Position numbers and translations under genes: made by a program
Shown here: in pieces, positions 46,766 to 55,700 of the stretch
How positions within the stretch are numbered: position 1 is the stretch's first letter
How the letters are laid out: each line of letters opens with the position of its first letter
Notes under the pieces: generated by a model
Seen by the model: only the letters and a program-made list of their open reading frames with translations
The model's database searches: none
Told to the model about the DNA's origin: nothing
Virus record (IMG/VR): IMGVR_UViG_3300025880_000012
Span: 12,928 to 76,927 of that record
DNA: 64,000 nt
DNA from: a virus
Direction: 5' to 3' (one strand)

Positions 46766-49700
46766 TCAGTACGCCTCCTATTTTTTGTTCTTGAGAAATA
46801 ACATTAACGACTGCATCTTTGATTCGCGATGCAAATTCTTGCTCATTTGGGCCACCTCCTTCAGTAGATACAGATCCGTTAGGTGAAACATTAATGTTAA
46901 CAGTCACATTACTAGAATTAGTTTGGTTTTCACTTTGAGTATTTACAGTTTCAGTTTTTTTACTTTCAGGACTATCTACTATACCACCCTGATTCATTTT
47001 AATAGTGTTTAATTTGTTGAAAAATCCTGGATACTTCTTTTCAACTTTCTGTACACTTGAAGCCTTAACAACATATTCACCTTTATCAAGCATCACTGGC
47101 CCAACTTTGTCAATCCCACCAGGACCGTGAACCTTGCCACCTTTACTCATGTACATTGTTTTATTTTGGTGAGACTGATCTCTAAAGTAGTTACTTTTAT
47201 TGTCAAAAGAAGAATTTTGGTTTTGATAGCTAACATTATTTATGGGGCGAGATAAATTCATATTAGAATGACTATTGATAGTATTGCGATTTATGGAAGA
47301 TACATTATTAGAGCGATCACCATCTCTAGGCGCGGAGAAAGGGTTATTAGATTTAGGTAAGTTAGTAAAAGCTGATTGATTATTATAAGAACTCATAGAG
47401 TTGATCACACTTTGATTTCTGGAGTTACCAGCATAAGAATTGAATGATTGATTTGCATTGCTATTTTTGCTATTGTGATAACGAGATTGTTTTGAATTAT
47501 CTTCATGAGAATTAAAAACTGACCCTCCATTATTGAATTGAGAATATTTATTAATAGAATGACTGGAAACACTACCGCCTTGATTAAAATTAGAGTAAGG
47601 GGATCTGCTGGAGTCAGTATTAAATACCGAGCCTCCCTGATTAAAATATGAGTGTGGATTATTAGAAGAATAATTATTACTCACAGACCCTCCTTGGTTG
47701 AAGAAAGATTGACGGGAAGAATTTGAACGTGAATTAGACGTAGAGCCTCCCTGATTAAAATATGAGTGTGGATTATTAGATGAGTAACTACTACTTACAG
47801 ATCCCCCTTGATTAAAGAGAGATTGACGGGAATCGTTTGATTGCGAATCAATGACTGATCCACCTTGATTAAAGTATGAATACGGATTACTAGAGGAAGT
47901 GGTGTTTACTGAGCCTCCTCTATTGTAATATGAATAAGCTGATGAGCTAGGAGATGAATGACTAATTAGCCCTCCACTGTAATTGCCATCAACAACACTA
48001 CATACACCTCCACTGCATTGTTGTAAACTAGACAGTTCGGATTGTAAGCCTTCCTTGGAAAAATTGTAATTTTTATATGTATCTTTATCTAATAAATACT
48101 GGATACTTTTAGTTTTCTTTGCATTGTCTACTGGTGTCAAGTCTTCATTTGACATTTTACTCAATGCATTAAGGTTGTCTGCAGCTTTGTCAGATTTATA
48201 AGCAGTAGTTACTTTATTAAAACCTTTTGAAAGCATGTTAGCTCCAAATGACATAGCTAGCCCAGTTGTTAAGTTTCCAAGCATTTGAGCTTTCTCTTGA
48301 ACTTTTTGATTTTTTTTGTCAACATCATATTGATATTTTGCGAGAAGGTATTCACCGTATTGCTTTGAATAGTCATCTTTCTTGCGAAATCTAGCACTCA
48401 TCATATTACCAGTAGGATCAATATCTAAAGCAGATTTAGTGTTTAGGCGTTGGTATGCCTTGGGTGCTTCGGGGCCACTATACTCTTCTGGTTCGCGATC
48501 TTCTTTATTGGCAAAAGATTGACCTACTAAAGTGCCGCCACCTTTAGCTATTTTCGTTAAGGCACTATCACTACCTTTACTGGATAGAGCATTTTTAGTT
48601 TTGTCCCATGCTCTCGATACCCAACTACCCTGATTAAGCTTTAATACAGTGGAATCTAATTTATCAATTGATCCAGAAAGCCTATTAATTGGACTAGAAT
48701 AATCAGCATTATCTGTTTCAAAAATAGAATTAGGTATAGCAGAATTTTCATCAGAATTTGATTGAGAGCTATTAGATTGCAATAAACTTTTAGCCATAAG
48801 TCCACCGTCGGACATTGGAGTCAAGATAGGCATTGGACCCGCACCCTCTGTAGATACATCAAACGACTCTTGGTTGGGCTGATTAAACAAGTCATCTAGG
48901 GAGCCACTTTCATTTATATTATCTAAGGCCGAAACTCCGAGTCGATCAACAATTTTCTTTTTAACGACATACTCACCAGAAGTCAACATGGAGGGAACTT
49001 TATTCGAGTTACCAACAGTACCACCCGATGCATAACCTTGTATTAAGCCACCTTGATATTTACCTCCAAAACCATCCATTAAATCAAATATTCCGCTCGT
49101 GATTTGTTTGGCAGCTCGTTCTGTCAATGCATTACTTATTGAACTTGCGATACCGCCAGCAAACTGAAGAAATGAATCGCTCATACTTTTTGTGCCATCA
49201 CCCATATTTTTCACTAAATCTTTAAAGCCATTCTCAACAGCATCAAAGGTAGTATTAGCCATAGTTTCTCCAAACTTTTCAAGAGCTAAATTGTTTTCTT
49301 TTATACGTTCTGTTATAGTATCTCTAAACAAAGTTTCTTTGCCAAGCTCGATGTTCATTTCTTTTTGCTTCTTGGCAATTTCTACATCGATCTCTGCCGT
49401 CTTAAGGGTGTTACCTTGGCTAGCATAAACTCCTTGCTTACCTTTTAATTCCTCCATATCAGCCGTCAAATTAGTTCTAACCGCTTCGTTTTCAGCTTCC
49501 CAACCAGTTAAACCCGTATTAGCTCCAGATTCAATGACGCGAGATTTGCCCTGTATGGTTTGCAATCTCTGGTCTGCCTCAGATGTTGAGAGGTCGGATT
49601 GCATTAATCCAATGTTTGCAAAATGACCTTCCGCTAATTTAACTCTGATGTCAGCAATAGTTTTTTCAAGATCTTGGCTTTCCTTAGTGATACTATTGAG

Positions 49701-52700
49701 ACTTTCTTGCAAATGTACACCTGCTTCTCTGTCAGCTTTAAATTGTTCGGTTAGATTGCCTGATTCATTTATGAGTTGATCAAATTTTACTTTCGATTCG
49801 GCTTGAAATCCAGTCATACCCTGAAATGGAGACTCAGAATCAGTGATCACTTCACGTTTTTTGGATATCGCTTGAGATTCACCTTGCGTAGAAATGTTGT
49901 CTAATTCAATTTTCTCTAAGGCTTTTTTACCAAAATCATTGCTATCCAACCTTGCTCGAGCTTCAATTAAACTTTTAGAAAAATTTATAGACTCTTCCGT
50001 CATACTTCTTGAAGCTTCCGCTTCATATTTTTTAAATTGAATATTAGCTTTATGTTGATCGGTTAAATTATTGGTTTCAGTAATCAAATCTTCAGTAGCT
50101 CCTTTTGCCTGCACTTGAAATCCAGTTAATCCAACAAGTTCGTTTTGTATATCTGGTGAGCTTGTGCCGGAAAAGTCATCTCTTGTGATTTTTTTAAGCA
50201 TGCCTTCTCTAGCTTGAGATTTACCTACAACATTACCATATTCCGTGATTGTGGATTGCTTGGCTTTTGTTGCAAAATCATTATCATCCAGTCTTTGCTG
50301 GAAATCGTTTACAGACTTAACCCAAGATCTACCTTCTTCGTCCATTGTATTTAAAGTTTCCTGCAAATGAACTCCAGCTGTTTTATCAGCTGCAAATTGT
50401 GCGGCAAGCTCTTTGCCGGCATTGGTAACCTCTGTAAGATTTAAATCTGCTTTACCTTCAAAAAATGTTTTTCCGGTATCTGGGTCGACTTCAAATTTTG
50501 TATTAGTCTCTGTGTTTGAATCTCGCATTTTTTTACCAAAGCCAGATCGCTCGTTGCGTATCCTTTCTTGTATTGTTTGTGCGGCAAGCTCTTGTAATTT
50601 TGTATTTTTTTCTTCCGCTGCAATTCGAGCTCTTTGCTTTGCGAGAGCTTCAAGTTCGTTTGTGTATTCTTCGTCGAGAGTTACGGCTAAAGATTCTGTA
50701 AGTTTAGAGATGTAATCTGAGTTTTGTAAGTAACTTCTTTTAAACCCATTAACTTCTTTTGAAATTTGTCCATTAATTATAACAGCATCAACTTCTTCTA
50801 ACATAGCTTTATTTACTTCTTGCTGCATGCCTCCTTGAATAGCAAGAAATTTTTTCAATTCATTATATCTATCTACTCGCTGCCTAGCTGCACCTACCCC
50901 ATTTTTATTAAGCTGAAATTCTTTACGTAATTGACCAAGATTGTTTTCTGCCATGGATTTTTCTTTATTCGCTACCCTTAATTGTTCATCTTTAGATTGG
51001 TTAATGGATTCAAGTTTGCTATTTAAGCCTTCACTAGAAACAACATTCATTTCTTGAAGTTTAGATAACTGCTTGGATTTCTCTGCTGAGTCGTTTAAAT
51101 TTTTAAGGTAATCTAAAGATCTAGCGTTAGCTTCTTCTGCAGATCTAACACCTTTAAGCTTAGCGGATAGCTCTGACATGCCCGCATCTGTGAGTTGTTT
51201 TTGTAATTTTTTGAGATTACCCTGAAATGCTTCTTCGGGATTTTCGCTAGCTTTTACTGTTTGAGTTCCAGCAAGAAAATGCGGTTTAGACAAGTCTTTA
51301 GTTTCCTGCATATTTGAGTCTTTGTATATATTTTTTTCGTAATCTCCCTTTAAAGTAGAGAAATTCATGCCAGTATTCTTTTTACTCCCAGCAAAAAGAT
51401 CTGCAGCTAATTTATTTTGTGCAGCAACAGCCTCGTCGTTTGCTTTTTTCTTTTTGTTTAAATATTCATTATCTATTTTTTTCTGTTCTATTGCAATTTT
51501 TTCGTTATTCTCTGTTCCTTCCGAAAGAAAACCTAGGGACTCTGTGAGTTTGGCTTGGTGGTTCATTCTTTGTATGGCATAATTTTGCTCGTCTTTAAGT
51601 AACTTGAGGTTGTTGTTTGCCATGGTAGCCTGTAGAGATATAGCGTTTAATAGCTTTCTTTTTTGAGCATTAACTTCTTTAGATATGGAGGCTTGTATTT
51701 CATTCTCTTTAGAAATCTTTTCTCCTTCATTGGCTATTTTTTGATATATGGGATTGATTAAAGATAAAGTAGTTCTAATATGTTCAGCACCTTTTCCTGA
51801 TGCCATTAATTGTAAAACAAACTCAGATAATGGTTGATTAACGTCAGCTATTTCATTAGCATAAGATTCCATCAAATCAAGATCTTTTCCATTATCTCCA
51901 TTGTTCATTCTTTGAAATTTACTCATTTGACCGAGAGCATCTTGCTTTTCTACCCCAGCAATATTCATAGTGTTAGATAAATTAAGTGCACCACTTCTAA
52001 AGTTTATGCGATCTTTTCGATCAAAATTTTCTTGAAAGATTTCTTCGTTACTTTTTCTTCTATACTTCATCCCTCCAGCCCCGAATTCACCTGTGAATCT
52101 TGAGTCAGCCAGAGTACCGAAATCTTTAGACACAAGACCAAGAGAATCTTTGCGCTCCATGCTTGTAGCAGCAGCAGTAACTGCTTGACGTATTGTAAGT
52201 TTAGTCATAGCTTCTTGCAGCTTCTCCATTCCTTGAGCTGTACCCGAAGTCATAGCTTGCAACTCATCTCCAGATAAATTTAGCTCTTTAGCTAATGTTA
52301 CAGCTGATTGTTGAAGTGCATTTTGATTTTTTATTAATGTGCTATTGAGAGACATTAATTTCATTTGCCCTTGATATGTATTAGCTTGACCAGAGTTGGT
52401 TAAGTCTGTTATTTGTTTTTGTGTTTCCTGGACAGATGTTGTAGCTTCCATTGCACTTCCAACGGCCTCAATACTTTTTGCTGTCTTTTTTGCGGATTTA
52501 TTGAGTGTATCTAAACCACTATCAAACCATTCTGTATTTTCTTTTAAAGCTGAAAATATGGGGATAACTCCAGCTACAACGCTACCAATTAAAGGTAAAC
52601 TCTTTGCCGCTCCACCTAAACTCTTTACAAAAGTACCCATTACACCTTTACTTTTCCCAAGAAACCCAGAGGTTCCTTGCAAGCTGCTTCCCCATTTTGT

Positions 52701-55700
52701 AAGCTTATCAGATAAACCTGAAGCCATTGGACTTAAAGCCTCAAAAGTTAAAGCTGCTTGGCTAGCACCTTGAGCAATACCAGTAAAAGTTTTTACCACT
52801 TGACCGGTAGTGCCCTCCATATCAGAAAATGCTCCTTCTAGCATATATGTAATGGTGGTCAAACCAAACAAACGACCTGTTAGATCAGTAGTTGCGTCGC
52901 TACCTTCGTTTGCTGATTTTGTGAGATTATTTATAGCTTCTTTACTTTGAATATACTCATTTTGGACATCTTCGGGAACTCCTTGCTTAAATTTTATCTT
53001 TCCAATTTTTGCGGGACCACTCTCATCTCCAAAATTAGGAATCAACCCACTACTAGCACCATGAGTTTTAGGATCTATGCCCATTTCCCTAGCTCTCTGG
53101 ATGCCTTGCTTTACTCCAGCAGGCTCATCACGAGTATTGGTAACAGCCAATCCCATAGGGTTTAACCGAGACTTTAAACTATCGTCTTGATCAACACGAA
53201 TCATTGATTCAGATATACCCGCAGATTTTTCACGAGCAATCGATTCAGCTAAAGGATTAGCGAAATTAGGAATTAACCCTCTATTCAAAAACATTAAGTC
53301 GGACCTAACTTCGGGGCTATTTTTCCATTCATTTATCAGAGCCTCCATTTTATCTTTTTTGATAAAAAGTTTTGTGTTGGGGTCTGTAATGTTTAAGTTC
53401 ATTTTCTGTTCGCCAGGTAAAGGTCTGCCGCTGGTGGCTTTAGTACCATAAAGACCTCTACGAGAAGATGATGAACTGTTGCCTGATTTTACTGATTTGT
53501 ATTGATCTCGATAACTTTTTTCGTAAGAATCTTTATCTTTAGTAAATTGACCCTTAAGTTTTTGCATCTGTTGTGGTGGCAGTTTTTTATTGGTCTCTAG
53601 CCACTTAACAAATTGATTCATATGGTTGCCGGTTCCTCCAAGGCCAGTATACCAGTCTTTTCCTCCATCGCGTCGATAAGCAAAACTTCTTTTAGCGAAA
53701 ACGTTTGGGGCAAAGTTAGGAATTAATCCCCTGTTAAAAATTTGCATAACCTCTCGTTCACGAGGGCTAATTTGATTTGTTCCATTAGGATTACGTCCAA
53801 TATCTGATTGAGGTACAATCTGATTCATTTGTTTATCGTAGAAATCATATTCTTTTCTACCATATTCTGTTTTATAATGTTTTAATAATGAAGGGTCATT
53901 TCTTCTGCCAGCAACATTAAGGTAGACACCGCCATTTTTTTTGGCCCACTCTTGTATGGCTCCGCTAGCCATAGCTTTTTTAAATTCTTCTACTTTAGGA
54001 TAGTATCCTTTTTTAGGGTCAGCTCCCTTACTTAGTATTCTCAATAACTTCTTTTTATTGAATACATTTTTTTCTGGAACAGTTTTAGACAGTACCTGGC
54101 CATCAGTCACTGGTTGTCCAGGAGTAATACTACCAGCAAAATTTTTAGCTACTGTTTTCGAAGTGCTAAAAGATGTAGCCCCAGAAGGCATTACATTGTT
54201 AGATTCACCTATATCCCTATAACCAGACATAGGCCCACTCACATGAGACTTAGCAAAATTTTGTATAATTTTAACAACATCTTCAGGAGTCTTAACTCCA
54301 GAAAAAGATGGCATATTTTTACCAATCGTAGGCTTATCAATTGTTGACCTTGATTTGCTTTGGCCTCTATATAAATTTAAGTTCGCAAAGTTAGGAATTA
54401 ATCCTCCAGAAGCATTTAATTCTTTAAGTTTTTCTTTGATATTTGGCTCAGCTCCTCCATCTTTAATTTGATCAAGAATCGAAGCAGCTTGGTCACCCAC
54501 ATTAACATAATCTCTAGCGTAAGTGAAAGCAATTTTAGAACCGTCGGGAATTCGCTCCCCAAGTGCGGGCTTAATTTTAGCTGAGGGGCCTTCTCGACTA
54601 TCTGAGGTGAGCTTATTTTTGTTTTCTGTAACAACATGCTTGCCAATTTTCTTGCCTCGCCTTTGGTCTGGCATGCCTATCATATCAGCTATTTTTGTTC
54701 CGTAGTTAAAACTATAAGTTTTAGTGGAATTAGATGCGGATTTACCTTTCATTGCAACTGGACGAGCCTTACTCTTGGGCTGTTTGAATCTAGAAAAGTT
54801 AAATAAACCTTGATTCATTATTTTCTTTAGTATTTTGGCGGGCCCATGACCATAATCATTTTGAGACCATATAGTATCTCCGTATGTATATGGACCCTGT
54901 ATGTCAAACAATTTGCGAAGTTTTGGGTCAGAAGATTGACTAGATATATTCTCTAAGTCAAAAGGCTTACTATCTTTACTGTATGATTTATTAAAAGCTT
55001 CCTCAACAATATACTTTTCAAAAGCATTCCCCTTGATAAATTGTTTACCTTGACCTGAACCTAGATTATTCAGTTCATTAATTTTCTTTTGGAAATTTTT
55101 TATTTCTTTTTCGTTTAAATGATACGTTAGACCTGGATGAAGAGGTGCATTTTTATTAAATAATTGAGATTCATTTAAATAATTCTTTGGAATATTTACA
55201 TCCTTGGCATATTCATCAATAGACTTGTATTGTTTAGATTGAAGTTTTGAGTATGCATTTTTATAATTGTAACTAGTAGTAAGTGGTTTATATTTTTGTT
55301 TTAATTTTTCATGCTCAGACTTACCTGCATCAAGAGCTATTTTATCTAAGTTTTTGCTGAAGGGGGTAATTAATTGTTTTTCTTTTGGGTTTGTTTTTTG
55401 CTTTTGAATTTGATTAAAAAATTTAGTAGCACTACTTAAGGATGGATCGATTGTATATTTACCTGATTCCTTCATAGAATCAAATCCTAAATTTCGAATA
55501 AATGAATTTGACTCTTTAGAGCCTGATAAAAATATATGAGAAGCTTGCAACTTAGTTAGCCCACTAGCCTTGAGAAAATCATCAATAGTACTCGAATTAT
55601 TTAATGAAGATTTAATTTTTCGATAATCTTTAACAAAGTTAGGAATCAAGCCTGAAGATAAATTATATTGTTTTATTAGTTTAGCTTGCTCTTTTAAAGA

